Source: Sulfurospirillaceae bacterium (lineage in GTDB: Bacteria > Campylobacterota > Campylobacteria > Campylobacterales > Sulfurospirillaceae). Taken from it: DNA of 64,000 bases. The translations under genes were made by a program, and so were the position numbers. The notes below the pieces were generated by a model. It was not told the origin of the DNA. It searched no databases and saw only the letters and a list, made by a program, of their open reading frames with translations. Numbering within the stretch: position 1 is the stretch's first letter; each line of letters begins with the position of its first letter. Shown here piece after piece: positions 1 to 9,859 of this stretch. The stretch covers positions 32,001 through 96,000 of the forward strand of contig JAWVXD010000003.1 in NCBI GenBank assembly GCA_033723415.1, written 5' to 3'.

Positions 1-242
1 TGTATGTTGATAAAAATAATGAAGAAACACTGGCTTACATCGCAAAGAAATTAGTGTCAGACACAAGACTAAAACCATACGAAGCAAGAAAGTACAGTGT
101 AAAGAATCCTGTCGGAGCGACAAGAGCAGAGATAAATATTTGGTATAGATTGGTCAAAAAAAGTTTAGTGCCTCTGCTTGGCGTAACTGATCCATTATTT
201 TTGAAAAAATATGAGATATATCAAGCTTCTATAAAACTATAA
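1..242 (+). CDS. 3' end of a CDS truncated by the window edge; function not assignable
   Basis: Frame is open from position 3 (YVDKNNEETLAY...) to TAA at 240-242, so the ORF-track start at 54 is internal. Confidence 0.6.
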   Translation, partial: YVDKNNEETLAYIAKKLVSDTRLKPYEARKYSVKNPVGATRAEINIWYRLVKKSLVPLLGVTDPLFLKKYEIYQASIKL

Positions 243-281
243 GTTTTAAGAAAGACTGATAAGGAGTATTCAATCTCCTTG

Positions 282-1535
282 TCATGTCAAGTTAGAGGCT
301 GCTTGTAAAAAATCTTTTGCTATTATATCAGGATCTTCCAGCCCGACAGATATACGGATCAAACCATCATGAACACCCAGAAATCTTCTACTCTGATCGT
401 CAAAATCACTATAAATAGTGCTAGTCATATGAAGAGCAAGGGTCCTGTTGTCACCGATATTTGCCGTTAGTGTTGCAATATTTAACCTGTCTAAAAATTT
501 AAAAGCTCTCTCTTTCGTTTGGCAATCTATAGTAAAAATAGGACCGCATCCTTGTGGAAAATGCGTCATATAACGTTTGTAGTCATCATCTTTTTTCAAT
601 GAGGGATGCTTTACAGTGATTTCATTTTCAAATTTATCATCCAGTATCTTTACGATCTTTGTCACACTTTCATTTACTCTTTGAACTCTTAAAGCTAATG
701 TTTCAAGTCCTAGAAGTGTCAAAAATGAGCCAAAAGCATTTGCACTCATTCCAATGTCTCTCATAGCTCTTTTTTTGCATATTCCGGCAATTGCTTTTTC
801 TTTGAGCTTATAGATAAATTTGTGAATATCCTGATACTTTTCATCAAGCAGCTTTTCATTTTCAGTTAGCACTTTTCTAAATACTGCGATTCCTCCAAGG
901 GCTGCACTGTGACCACTCATATTTTTCGTAGATGAATGTATGACTATATCAGCGCCAAGTTCAAGTGGACGAATTAAGAGTGGTGTAGCCGTATTATCTA
1001 CTACAAGTAATGTTTTGTATTTTAAACATAAAGAGCTTATCTCAGGGATATCAGGTAGTTTTAAACTTGGATTTCCTACACTTTCCATCACGACTATTTT
1101 GACGCCGGATTTTAGTTTGGATTCTATTTCCCCAAAATCATCAATGCCGCAAAAACTATTTTTAATCCCAAATCTTGCCATTGTTTCAGCTATTAGCGTA
1201 TAAGTTCCACCAAAAAAACCTCCGATACAAAGCACTTCATCTCCTGTTTTTAAAAAAGCGCTCAGTACCATGGAAAGCGCTCCCATACCAGAAGATGTAG
1301 CAATAGCATTAATTCCATTCTCTATCTGTGTTACTATGGATTCTAACTTGGCATTAGTAGGGTTTCCGACTCTTGCATAAAGTGGAAGGTTTACATTGCC
1401 TGCAAAAATATCTTCAGCTTCCAAGGCGTCTTTGTAGCCATAAGAAGCTGATGGAGTTATAGTCGGTGCAGTAGCTCCTACTTTATTCCCGATTTCTTGA
1501 ACCAATAAGGTATTAAAATAATCAAAATCTACCAT
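282..1535 (-). CDS. PLP-dependent trans-sulfuration enzyme (O-acetylhomoserine sulfhydrylase / cystathionine gamma-synthase family)
   Basis: YARVGNPT, SSGMGA, DNT, HSSTKNMSGH (PLP lysine), ANIGD and IRISVGLED motifs. Confidence 0.88.
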   Translation of the reverse strand: MVDFDYFNTLLVQEIGNKVGATAPTITPSASYGYKDALEAEDIFAGNVNLPLYARVGNPTNAKLESIVTQIENGINAIATSSGMGALSMVLSAFLKTGDEVLCIGGFFGGTYTLIAETMARFGIKNSFCGIDDFGEIESKLKSGVKIVVMESVGNPSLKLPDIPEISSLCLKYKTLLVVDNTATPLLIRPLELGADIVIHSSTKNMSGHSAALGGIAVFRKVLTENEKLLDEKYQDIHKFIYKLKEKAIAGICKKRAMRDIGMSANAFGSFLTLLGLETLALRVQRVNESVTKIVKILDDKFENEITVKHPSLKKDDDYKRYMTHFPQGCGPIFTIDCQTKERAFKFLDRLNIATLTANIGDNRTLALHMTSTIYSDFDDQSRRFLGVHDGLIRISVGLEDPDIIAKDFLQAASNLT

Positions 1536-1542
1536 TTTAAAC

Positions 1543-1971
1543 CTATCTAAGTACTTGAATCAGTTGATATATCTTGCAACCTAAGCAGTAATTAAATAGT
1601 GCTTCTAGAAGCGCACACGTAATCAAAACAATAGCTAGCATAGAACCTATGATAAAGAACTTACCGAGATATAGCAAGCTTAGTGCCGATGATATGCTCA
1701 ATCCTATAAAAAGAGCAAATCTCTTTGGAGCCTCGTCACTCATATGAGATTTTATCTTTAGTTTTGTGACTATAAATTTGCCGATGTTATGTATAGGGCT
1801 AAGTTGAGGTAATCTTAATGCCCGAATCGTAAAATCATACAAAAGAATAAGCGCAAATATTGGCAAATTAGTTATGAGTAGCAATGCTGCCAGAATAACG
1901 ACTTGAACAGAATATACTCTTACGAGATTCTCGTTGATTTGTCTATTTGATATTGGACAAGTTCTTGACAT
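1543..1971 (-). CDS. DUF4395-like membrane protein
   Basis: ATG at 1971 (MSRTCPIS) after AAAGG; hydrophobic helices, PKRFA motif and C-terminal LE...CLGC. Confidence 0.75.
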   Translation of the reverse strand: MSRTCPISNRQINENLVRVYSVQVVILAALLLITNLPIFALILLYDFTIRALRLPQLSPIHNIGKFIVTKLKIKSHMSDEAPKRFALFIGLSISSALSLLYLGKFFIIGSMLAIVLITCALLEALFNYCLGCKIYQLIQVLR

Positions 1972-2036
1972 TGTATAGCCTTTTGTTATAAATATATGTT
2001 GAATTATAGCTAAATAATTTTTAAAGTCAAGTAAGT

Positions 2037-3368
2037 CTATAGATTTAATAAATTTAGTTTTTTCCTCGCATACCATAGTATAAACAATGCTGATAGCCAG
2101 ATCATTAAAACAATTCCCCACCAGTAAAATTGTAAAGGCAAAGAGAAAAATGCCAAAGTGCTAAACAGTATGATCGGAACTATCAATTGTCTCGATAAAC
2201 TTAGATATACCAATAAAGCAGGTTTTTTGATGCCTTGCAAAAGAGAAATATTTATAAAAACCAACATATAAGCATATAGAGAAGTTGCTGCAGCATATAA
2301 ATATCCAAGTCCTGCTTTTACAACCATAGAATCTTTTGTAAAAAAATGTATAAGATCTTCTCCAAACATATATATAATGATTATGCCTATTATCCATAGT
2401 ACAAAACCAATCTTTTGTGCATATGTGACAGTTTCTTTGATCCTATCATATAATTTTGCACCGTTATTTTGAGATACAATGGATAAAACTGCAACATTGA
2501 TACCGATACTTGGTAATAAAAATATCTGTTCGATCCTTACGGATATACCGTAAGCTGCAACAACATGTTTACCGAAAATGGATATATAATACGTGATAAT
2601 GAACATGCCAAGGGCCATCAGCAGCATATTTGCAGTTGGCGGAAATCCTTGTTTTAAAAATGAGTAGATTATATGTATGTCAAATTTGAATTTAGGCATG
2701 TCTCTCAAGAGGTAGGTTCTTTTTAGATTATAAAACAGATACCCCATACCAATAAATTCGATGATTATAGTGGCTAGTGCTATACCTCTTACTCCCATAG
2801 GACTTATTCCAAAACCACCTTTTATAAACCAATAGTCAAGAACGGTATTTAAGAAAAATCCAAAAATTAAAAAGTTTCTAAACGCTTTTGTGTTACCTAT
2901 TGAATTTAAGATAGCGTTTGTAAAAAATACACCTATGAAAAATGAAGAACCATAGATGATTATATATATGTAAGATAGTGCCTCATCTAGATAGGCTCCT
3001 TTTGCACCAAGAACTTGCATCAGGAAGGATGAGCTAAGTAAACCTACGATAAAAAGTGTTACAGATAAGAATAAAAACAAAACTACAGAGTGCAATACAA
3101 GCTGCTTGGCATGGTCTTTATTCTTCTCTCCTAAAGCATTTCCTACTAGTGCGGTGATACCTTGGCTCATACCTCCTGCAACTGCTATGATCATAAAAAA
3201 TATTGAGAAGGTTAAAGACAAAGATGCCAGTGCCTGAGTTGATAGTTTACCTGCAAAGAATGTATCTGTTACGTTGAACATAGTTTGAAATATATATCCA
3301 ATAGCCGAAGGAACAGCTATATTTCGAACATGTTTTCTTATAGAACCTCTTGTTAAATCCATATCCAT
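2037..3368 (-). CDS. MATE family efflux transporter
   Basis: 443 aa, about 12 TM; N-terminal DLTRGSI, FNVTDTFFAG, GNTK, GVRGIALAT, QNNGAK motifs. Confidence 0.92.
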   Translation of the reverse strand: MDMDLTRGSIRKHVRNIAVPSAIGYIFQTMFNVTDTFFAGKLSTQALASLSLTFSIFFMIIAVAGGMSQGITALVGNALGEKNKDHAKQLVLHSVVLFLFLSVTLFIVGLLSSSFLMQVLGAKGAYLDEALSYIYIIIYGSSFFIGVFFTNAILNSIGNTKAFRNFLIFGFFLNTVLDYWFIKGGFGISPMGVRGIALATIIIEFIGMGYLFYNLKRTYLLRDMPKFKFDIHIIYSFLKQGFPPTANMLLMALGMFIITYYISIFGKHVVAAYGISVRIEQIFLLPSIGINVAVLSIVSQNNGAKLYDRIKETVTYAQKIGFVLWIIGIIIIYMFGEDLIHFFTKDSMVVKAGLGYLYAAATSLYAYMLVFINISLLQGIKKPALLVYLSLSRQLIVPIILFSTLAFFSLPLQFYWWGIVLMIWLSALFILWYARKKLNLLNL

Positions 3369-3574
3369 TGTAGCTCTTTTATTAGAAATTTGAATAATCC
3401 TAGTTTGGAATTCTAGTGAATTATAGTGAAGTTTTCTTAATATATATTTTTTGTATTTTGCGTGTGCATTAGGTGTGCCTTTTTTCTTTTATCTAACTTA
3501 AAGCAATTTTTGTGTACTATTGCATTCCTTTAATGGGGTAATACGCATTAAATATATAGATTGAAGGATAGGTA

Positions 3575-4918
3575 TTGTTTGGAGTTTTAACTGATTCGTT
3601 TAAAACAGCTGTTAATAAGATAAGATTTGCAGATGATGAGAAGTCGCTAAAAAAGGCACTTGAGACACTAAAAAAATCATTATTAAAAGCTGATGTTCAT
3701 CATAAAGTCGTAAAAGAACTTTTGAGAATAGTAGAATTAGAAACAAAAGAAGCCGGCATTGGTCAGCTGAATTTTTTAAAATCCCTCAAAACAAACCTAA
3801 CGAAGATTTTGACAGCTCCCGGTAAGCAAGGTTTTGTTTATTCGTCAAAACCACCTACCGTTGCTTTGATGATAGGTTTGCAAGGAAGTGGAAAAACTAC
3901 CACGACTGTCAAACTTGCAAATTATCTAAAGATGAAGCAAAAAAAAGTTTTAGTCGCGGCATGTGATTTACAAAGATTAGCTGCAGTTGAGCAATTGAAA
4001 CAGCTTTGTGAGCAAAATGAAATAGATCTATATTTTGATGAAACAGAAAAAAACCCTGTAAATATTGCTAAAAGTGCTTTGAAAAAGGCAAAGTCAGGGC
4101 TCTATGACGTATTGCTTGTCGATACTGCCGGACGATTAGCGATAGATGAAGAATTGATGAATGAGTTAGAAAGTGTTAGTAAAACTCTCTCTCCAGATGA
4201 AGTTTTTTATGTTGCTGACTCACTAAGCGGTCAAGATGCTGTCAGAAGTGCTAGTTCTTTTCACGAAAAGATGAGCTTAAGCGGAGTTATCTTAAGTAAG
4301 TATGATGGAGATAGTAAGGGTGGCGTTGCACTTGGAATCGCAAGTCAAGTCGGAGTTCCTCTTAGGTTTATTGGTGTCGGTGAAAAAGTTGCAGATTTAG
4401 AACTTTTTATGCCGGATCGTATCACGAATCGTTTGATGGGCGAGGGCGATTTAGAAACTTTGGCAGAAAAAACTAGTGCGATCATAAATGAAAAAGAGGC
4501 AAAAAAATTAACTAGTAAAATTAAAAAGGGCGAATTTAATTTTAATGACTTTTTAGCGCAAATGGAACAAATGAAGAAACTCGGAAGTATGAAATCTTTG
4601 ATCGGTATGATCCCGGGGATGTCTTCTATGGCTGGGCAGCTCAAAGATGTGGATTTAGAAAATTCAGTTGAGATGAAAAGAATAAAAGCTATGATAGGAT
4701 CTATGACAAAAAAAGAGAGAGAATATCCGGATCTTTTAAACAGTAGTAGAAAAAGAAGAATAGCCGAGGGTGCAGGGCTTTCTCAAGTAGAAGTAAATAG
4801 ATTTTTGAAACAATTTAAAAATGCAGCAAAGATGGCAAAGAAGTTTTCAGGCAAGAAAGGGATGCAGGATTTGCAAAATATGCTATCTCAGTCTAAAATG
4901 CAGGGAATACCAAGATAG
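3575..4918 (+). CDS. ffh: Signal recognition particle protein Ffh
   Basis: GLQGSGKTT, DTAGR, SKYDGDSKGG and Met-rich M domain; TTG start after AAGGA. Confidence 0.98.
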   Translation: MFGVLTDSFKTAVNKIRFADDEKSLKKALETLKKSLLKADVHHKVVKELLRIVELETKEAGIGQLNFLKSLKTNLTKILTAPGKQGFVYSSKPPTVALMIGLQGSGKTTTTVKLANYLKMKQKKVLVAACDLQRLAAVEQLKQLCEQNEIDLYFDETEKNPVNIAKSALKKAKSGLYDVLLVDTAGRLAIDEELMNELESVSKTLSPDEVFYVADSLSGQDAVRSASSFHEKMSLSGVILSKYDGDSKGGVALGIASQVGVPLRFIGVGEKVADLELFMPDRITNRLMGEGDLETLAEKTSAIINEKEAKKLTSKIKKGEFNFNDFLAQMEQMKKLGSMKSLIGMIPGMSSMAGQLKDVDLENSVEMKRIKAMIGSMTKKEREYPDLLNSSRKRRIAEGAGLSQVEVNRFLKQFKNAAKMAKKFSGKKGMQDLQNMLSQSKMQGIPR

Positions 4919-5007
4919 TAAAATTTTGTTAAACTTTTACAGTTTATATGTGCATGTAGTTATACATGTAAATCTAAGTCGTAAATTTTTTTAAGGAGAC
5001 CATATAA

Positions 5008-5238
5008 ATGGCAACAGCAGTAAGATTAACTAGAATGGGAAGAAAGAAAAAACCATTTTATAGAGTAGTAGTAACAGACAGTAGAAAAAGAAGAGATAGC
5101 GGATGGATCGAATCAATCGGATATTATAACCCTTTGACAGAACCGGCAACAGTAAAAATTGACATGGAAAGATTGACTTACTGGAAAAGCGTTGGAGCAA
5201 AAATAAGCGACAGGGTTGCAAAAATTTCCGGCATATAA
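5008..5238 (+). CDS. rpsP: 30S ribosomal protein S16
   Basis: [27 protein letters not shown]; canonical position after ffh. Confidence 0.98.
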   Translation: MATAVRLTRMGRKKKPFYRVVVTDSRKRRDSGWIESIGYYNPLTEPATVKIDMERLTYWKSVGAKISDRVAKISGI

Positions 5239-5240
5239 TC

Positions 5241-5486
5241 ATGATCGATCAATTTTTTTATGAATTTGCAAAACTTTTAGTTGATAACCCAGAGTGTATT
5301 AGAGTCGAAAAGAAAGATATTGACGATACTTTTTGTGAAATTACTATTTTTGCCAATAAGGGCGACACAGGGAAACTGATAGGCAAAGATGGAAAAATGA
5401 TTAATTCTCTAAAGACTATAATATCTGGATGTAAAGCAAAAGACGGGAAGTCATATCGAGTGAGCGTCAAAGCAAACGATGAGTAA
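5241..5486 (+). CDS. khpA: KH-domain RNA-binding protein
   Basis: GKLIGKDG (GxxG) motif; lies between rpsP and rimM. Confidence 0.9.
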   Translation: MIDQFFYEFAKLLVDNPECIRVEKKDIDDTFCEITIFANKGDTGKLIGKDGKMINSLKTIISGCKAKDGKSYRVSVKANDE

Positions 5487-6012
5487 TGAAGAGCTATTGC
5501 AAGTTGCCAAAATAGGGCGACTTGTTGGCTTAAAGGGCGAATTAAAACTTCATATTCAATGTGATTTTCCTGAGCAGTTTCATCCAGGAGCTGCTTTTTT
5601 AAGTGAAAAGAACTTAAAGCTTACAATAGAAAAATACAATAGTGCAAAAAACACAGTCATCTTTGAAGGTTATAACAGCAGAGAAAAAGCTGCTGAACTT
5701 GTAAATAAAAGTTTATTGACTAGTAAACAAGATTCATTTATAAACTGTGATTTAAAAGAAGGTGAGTTCTTTTGGTTTGATATGATTGGTGCTCAGGTGC
5801 GAGAAGGCGATAAAATACTTGGTAGCGTTGAAGAGATAGAGAGAATTGCTATTAACGATTATCTTCTTGTTAAGACCTCGATTGATCTGGTTGAGCAAAA
5901 ATTACCGAAAAACTTTTATATACCATACATCGAAAGATATATAGATAGATTTGATAATGAAGAAAAAATTGTGTATACCAAAGATGCATACGGACTTTTA
6001 GAAAATTCATAA
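5479..6012 (+). CDS. rimM: Ribosome maturation factor RimM
   Basis: [29 protein letters not shown]; synteny. Confidence 0.95.
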   Translation: MSNEELLQVAKIGRLVGLKGELKLHIQCDFPEQFHPGAAFLSEKNLKLTIEKYNSAKNTVIFEGYNSREKAAELVNKSLLTSKQDSFINCDLKEGEFFWFDMIGAQVREGDKILGSVEEIERIAINDYLLVKTSIDLVEQKLPKNFYIPYIERYIDRFDNEEKIVYTKDAYGLLENS

Positions 6013-6022
6013 AGATTTAACT

Positions 6023-6715
6023 ATGAGATTTACATTTGTCACTCTTTTCGAAAATTTAATTTCACCGTATTTTCAAGATTCTATACTAAAGAGATCAATA
6101 GATGCAAAAAAGATAGAAATAAAATTTGAAAATCCAAGAGATTATTCAAGTGACAAGCATAACAAAGTAGATGACTACCAAGCAGGTGGGGGAGCAGGAT
6201 TGCTTATGTTTGTTCAGCCCTTATTTGATCTTCTGAAAAAGATCAAAAAGGAAGATGCTGATGTGCATATAATTTTTCCAACTCCTGCAGGAAAACCGTT
6301 TAGGCAAATTGATGCAAAAAGATTATCTAAAAAAAAGCACATAGTCTTTGTCAGCGGTAGATACGAAGGCATTGATGAACGTGTTATAGAAGAGTTTGCC
6401 GATGAACTATTTTCTATAGGAGATTACGTATTAACAGGCGGTGAATTACCTAGTCTAGTTATGTGCGACGCTATCAGTAGAAATATTGAAGGGGTCTTGG
6501 GCAATGTTGATTCCTTAACAGAGGAAAGCTTTGAAGAAGGTTTGTTGGAAGCTCCTTCTTTTGGTAAACCGAAAATTTATGAAAATAATGAAATTCCCTC
6601 AGAGTATTTAAAGGGAAATCATGCTAAAATCAGCACCTTAAAAAATGAAATGTCTATTCTGAAAACAAAATATTTCAGACCGGACTTATTTTGTCATAAA
6701 AATACAAAGCATTGA
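6023..6715 (+). CDS. trmD: tRNA (guanine37-N1)-methyltransferase
   Basis: [29 protein letters not shown]. Confidence 0.98.
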   Translation: MRFTFVTLFENLISPYFQDSILKRSIDAKKIEIKFENPRDYSSDKHNKVDDYQAGGGAGLLMFVQPLFDLLKKIKKEDADVHIIFPTPAGKPFRQIDAKRLSKKKHIVFVSGRYEGIDERVIEEFADELFSIGDYVLTGGELPSLVMCDAISRNIEGVLGNVDSLTEESFEEGLLEAPSFGKPKIYENNEIPSEYLKGNHAKISTLKNEMSILKTKYFRPDLFCHKNTKH

Positions 6716-6734
6716 GATTAAAAAGGATTATCTA

Positions 6735-7091
6735 ATGAGAAATAAATACGTAGAAGCTTTTGAGCAAGCACAAGTAAGTGAAAAAAATATACCTGATTTT
6801 AGAGCAGGTGACACATTAAGAGTTGCTGTTAAGATTAAAGAGGGCGAAAAAGAAAGAGTTCAAAATTTTGAAGGTGTTTGCATCTCAAAAAGAGGAACAG
6901 GTACAGGCAGCACATTTATAGTTAGAAAAATAGGCGCTAACTCAGTTGGTGTTGAAAGAATCTTCCCATTGTATTCTGAGAGTATAGACAGTATTGCAGT
7001 ACTTAGAAAAGGAAGAGTTAGAAGAGCAAAATTATTTTATCTTAGAGATAGACGTGGAAAAGCTGCAAAAATTAGAGAACTTAGAAAGTAA
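6735..7091 (+). CDS. rplS: 50S ribosomal protein L19
   Basis: [32 protein letters not shown]. Confidence 0.98.
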   Translation: MRNKYVEAFEQAQVSEKNIPDFRAGDTLRVAVKIKEGEKERVQNFEGVCISKRGTGTGSTFIVRKIGANSVGVERIFPLYSESIDSIAVLRKGRVRRAKLFYLRDRRGKAAKIRELRK

Positions 7092-7099
7092 TCCAACAG

Positions 7100-7118
7100 A
7101 GCGGTCCTATGGACCGCT
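7100..7118. terminator. Hairpin terminator between convergent rplS and crp/fnr genes
   Basis: AGCGGTCC-TAT-GGACCGCT, perfect 8-bp GC-rich stem. Confidence 0.7.
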
Positions 7119-7163
7119 TAATTCCTCCAATATAAAGAATTTTAACGAGTTACTACTTTTCAA

Positions 7164-7799
7164 TCAAAAATAGTTTTTCAAGTCTTCTTTGTTATTGATC
7201 TCTAAAGAAGTTCCTGTGTCCAAAAGAACTTCATCATCTTTTAGCTTTCTTATTACTCTTGAAAATGTTTCCGGTGTGATATTAAGTAAAGCTGCAGTTT
7301 GTGCATGTGTATTTGTTTTGAAATCAATTTCTGACTCATATATATATTTTGCTACTTTTGAAGTCGCATCAAGTGTAAGAGTGGAAACAACTCTGTTCAA
7401 ATCAACTACAGATTGAGCTAGAGAATCCATAAAGCGTCTCATATATGAAGGATTTTTCAGAATATACTCTTCAAATTTTTCATAATCCACTAGCAGTATT
7501 TTTGATTCACTCATCGTTGCACAATTTGATGGATAGTTCATATGCTTAAAATTAGAAAGTTCTGCTATTAAAGAAGGTTTTTTAATTATTTTCAAAACAA
7601 TTTCGTTGTTTTTTTGTGTAGATTTATAGATTTTTACGCTTCCTTCTATCAAGACATGTAAAAATTTCGCTTCATCATCTTTATAAAAAATGATACTGTC
7701 TTTAGAGAAACTTCTTAGTATTGAAATGTTTGCTAAGTAATCTATTTCTTCATCGCTCAACTCTTTGAAGATCTCTAATTCTCTAAGTTTATTTTTCAT
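7164..7799 (-). CDS. Crp/Fnr-family transcriptional regulator (Nss/Dnr-like)
   Basis: cNMP-type domain (GSVKIYK, AE...YPSNC); HTH with LNITPETFSR (E-x-x-S-R); no Fnr N-terminal Cys cluster. Confidence 0.88.
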   Translation of the reverse strand: MKNKLRELEIFKELSDEEIDYLANISILRSFSKDSIIFYKDDEAKFLHVLIEGSVKIYKSTQKNNEIVLKIIKKPSLIAELSNFKHMNYPSNCATMSESKILLVDYEKFEEYILKNPSYMRRFMDSLAQSVVDLNRVVSTLTLDATSKVAKYIYESEIDFKTNTHAQTAALLNITPETFSRVIRKLKDDEVLLDTGTSLEINNKEDLKNYF

Positions 7800-7860
7800 A
7801 ATCTGACCGTCTTCCCATAAGTTTAGTGTAGATTATACAATAGCAAACCTAGAGAAATGA

Positions 7861-8385
7861 TTAATAAAACCTATATATCTCCTCCATAAGATTGTCTATA
7901 GTAATATGTTCTCCTTTTTCTTTCATGAAATCATTTAGATATTTCTCACTCGCTTCCATACCTTCAGTTTTTTCTATCTCTACTAATTTTTTATAAAGAG
8001 GTAGCAAAACTGCCGTGATATGTTTAGACACATATTTTCTATATGCTCTATAACCGGTTATCTCTTTTGTATTTATATCTCTGATAATCTCAAAATGAGT
8101 GAAAACCCAATAATATCTTCCGTCTTTTGCCATATTTTTAATTACGGCTATGATATTGTGTCCATTTTTTATTCTGTCCCAAAGAAGTTTGAAAATAATA
8201 CGAGGCATGTCAGGGTGTCTTATGATGTTGTGGGATTTACCAATCAATTCATCTTTTGTGTATCCTGATATTTTTGCAAAATAATCATTGCAATTTGTAA
8301 TTATTCCCCTTGTATCTGTTTGAGATTCTATATAAATATTTTTATCTAAGACTATCTCTTCATCTATTGGTACTGGCTTTTTCAT
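7861..8385 (-). CDS. Stand-alone PAS-domain protein (Aer/CetB-like)
   Basis: SQTDTRGIIT..N..F..ISGY, HNIIRHPDMP, KNMAKDGRYYWV; no TM or output domain. Confidence 0.85.
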   Translation of the reverse strand: MKKPVPIDEEIVLDKNIYIESQTDTRGIITNCNDYFAKISGYTKDELIGKSHNIIRHPDMPRIIFKLLWDRIKNGHNIIAVIKNMAKDGRYYWVFTHFEIIRDINTKEITGYRAYRKYVSKHITAVLLPLYKKLVEIEKTEGMEASEKYLNDFMKEKGEHITIDNLMEEIYRFY

Positions 8386-8900
8386 TGTTTATCCTTTTGT
8401 ATTTCTTCCAATATCTTTTTTCTTATCTTTGGATTAGTCATGTTCTCACCTCTTAACATCTTGAGTCTCATGTCGTTAAAATCAATAAACCCTTTTTTAT
8501 TCTTTTCATACGCTCCAAATCCATAATGCATAGGATCTGCATAGTCATAAATACTATAATGTGCCGTTTTTGCATTTATATATTTTTTAGTATCGATAGA
8601 ATAAACCCAAATCACTGCAGTATCTGTATTTATTTTATTTTTTTCCATCCAGAGTATCGCACATCCAGGATCATCAAATAGATGTGTTTTATTATCATTT
8701 GTTATGATCTGCACAGTAAAACGTTTACCGACTAGATACATCTTGCATTCTGGACATTGGATTTTATTGTCTTTGAAGCTAAGGGGTACCTTGTCGCTGT
8801 TGTTGATGTCTAAAATACTTCTATTTAGTGTCATCTTATAGTATGCAAGACCCGCTAAAACAACGATAGGCAAAATCACAAGTATAGCTTTTTTTATCAT
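8382..8900 (-). CDS. NosL-like protein with N-terminal membrane anchor
   Basis: CPECKM, FDDPGC, DPMHYG motifs; ATG at 8900 overlaps the upstream stop (ATGA) and has a GGAG RBS. Confidence 0.75.
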   Translation of the reverse strand: MIKKAILVILPIVVLAGLAYYKMTLNRSILDINNSDKVPLSFKDNKIQCPECKMYLVGKRFTVQIITNDNKTHLFDDPGCAILWMEKNKINTDTAVIWVYSIDTKKYINAKTAHYSIYDYADPMHYGFGAYEKNKKGFIDFNDMRLKMLRGENMTNPKIRKKILEEIQKDKQ

Positions 8901-9859
8901 AACCAAACTCCGTTTCTTAAAAAATAAATTATTACGTATGCACTAACAATAAGCGCATAAATAATGTTAGATGTAAGTGAAATATTGTAGTATTTTGTCT
9001 GTTTTTGTTCTTTTATGATACTCATAATAGCTCCAGAAATGCCATAAAAAGTACCTATATACAAAGTCGCATACAATAGATAACCTATATAATCGTAATC
9101 TTTTTGTAATAAACAAAAAGGGCAGTGGTGTGTCGGAAGCTGGTAAATATAAGTTCCAAAAAACATGATCAATGATACTATTGAGATAATTAGATAGGCG
9201 ATATTGAGAAGTAAATATGCAATGTACCTTTTGGTTATATAAAAAGCAACGATCAATGCTAAAACGGCATAGAAAGTATAAACAAAGTATATCTTGTTTA
9301 TTTGAAATATAAAGGACAGGCTTGATGCTGATGCGCTAGAAAAAATCGTGCCGCAGCAACTTACTATCTTGCTTGTATCTAATGAGGTGAAAAATGAAAC
9401 TTCGTAAAATATTTCAATCATTATAAGGATAAAGCCTACACAAAAGAGTAAAAACTTGTACTTTGTATACGGAAGATTTTCATCTTTTATATCATAAGTA
9501 TGCAGTATTAACCAAAATCCAAAGACATACAGGTTCAGTATCTTGAAAAAGAACATAGCAGTGCTAAAATCTACAGAATCTACAACTCCAGCCGCACACA
9601 TTGCTCCAGGGATAACATTGGAAAGCTTATCTGCCGTAAAAACGAAAAATAAAAACAGCGGTAACTTCAAGGCAAAGATATACTTGATTATAGTGGCAAC
9701 AAGATGGCTTTGGTTCTCAAGTTGATATTGCATTTGACTGGTTGAGTTCAGATCCCATTTTAGATAAATTTTCAGACTTATAAAAAATGCAATAGCACCA
9801 AATGCCAAGAAAATAAAATCAAGGGTTAATATTGATATGATCTCTGGAGTTAGAAGCAT
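8897..9859 (-). CDS. Uncharacterised polytopic membrane protein with Cys/His motifs
   Basis: About 8 hydrophobic segments; GAMCAAG, VSCCG and HHCPFC motifs. Confidence 0.75.
   Translation of the reverse strand: MLLTPEIISILTLDFIFLAFGAIAFFISLKIYLKWDLNSTSQMQYQLENQSHLVATIIKYIFALKLPLFLFFVFTADKLSNVIPGAMCAAGVVDSVDFSTAMFFFKILNLYVFGFWLILHTYDIKDENLPYTKYKFLLFCVGFILIMIEIFYEVSFFTSLDTSKIVSCCGTIFSSASASSLSFIFQINKIYFVYTFYAVLALIVAFYITKRYIAYLLLNIAYLIISIVSLIMFFGTYIYQLPTHHCPFCLLQKDYDYIGYLLYATLYIGTFYGISGAIMSIIKEQKQTKYYNISLTSNIIYALIVSAYVIIYFLRNGVWL

Noticed and set aside
4918..5007. Weak hairpins between ffh and rpsP as possible SRP RNA or other ncRNA
   Set aside because: AT-rich imperfect stems with no SRP domain IV motif (GGAA loop with AGCAG); too weak to call
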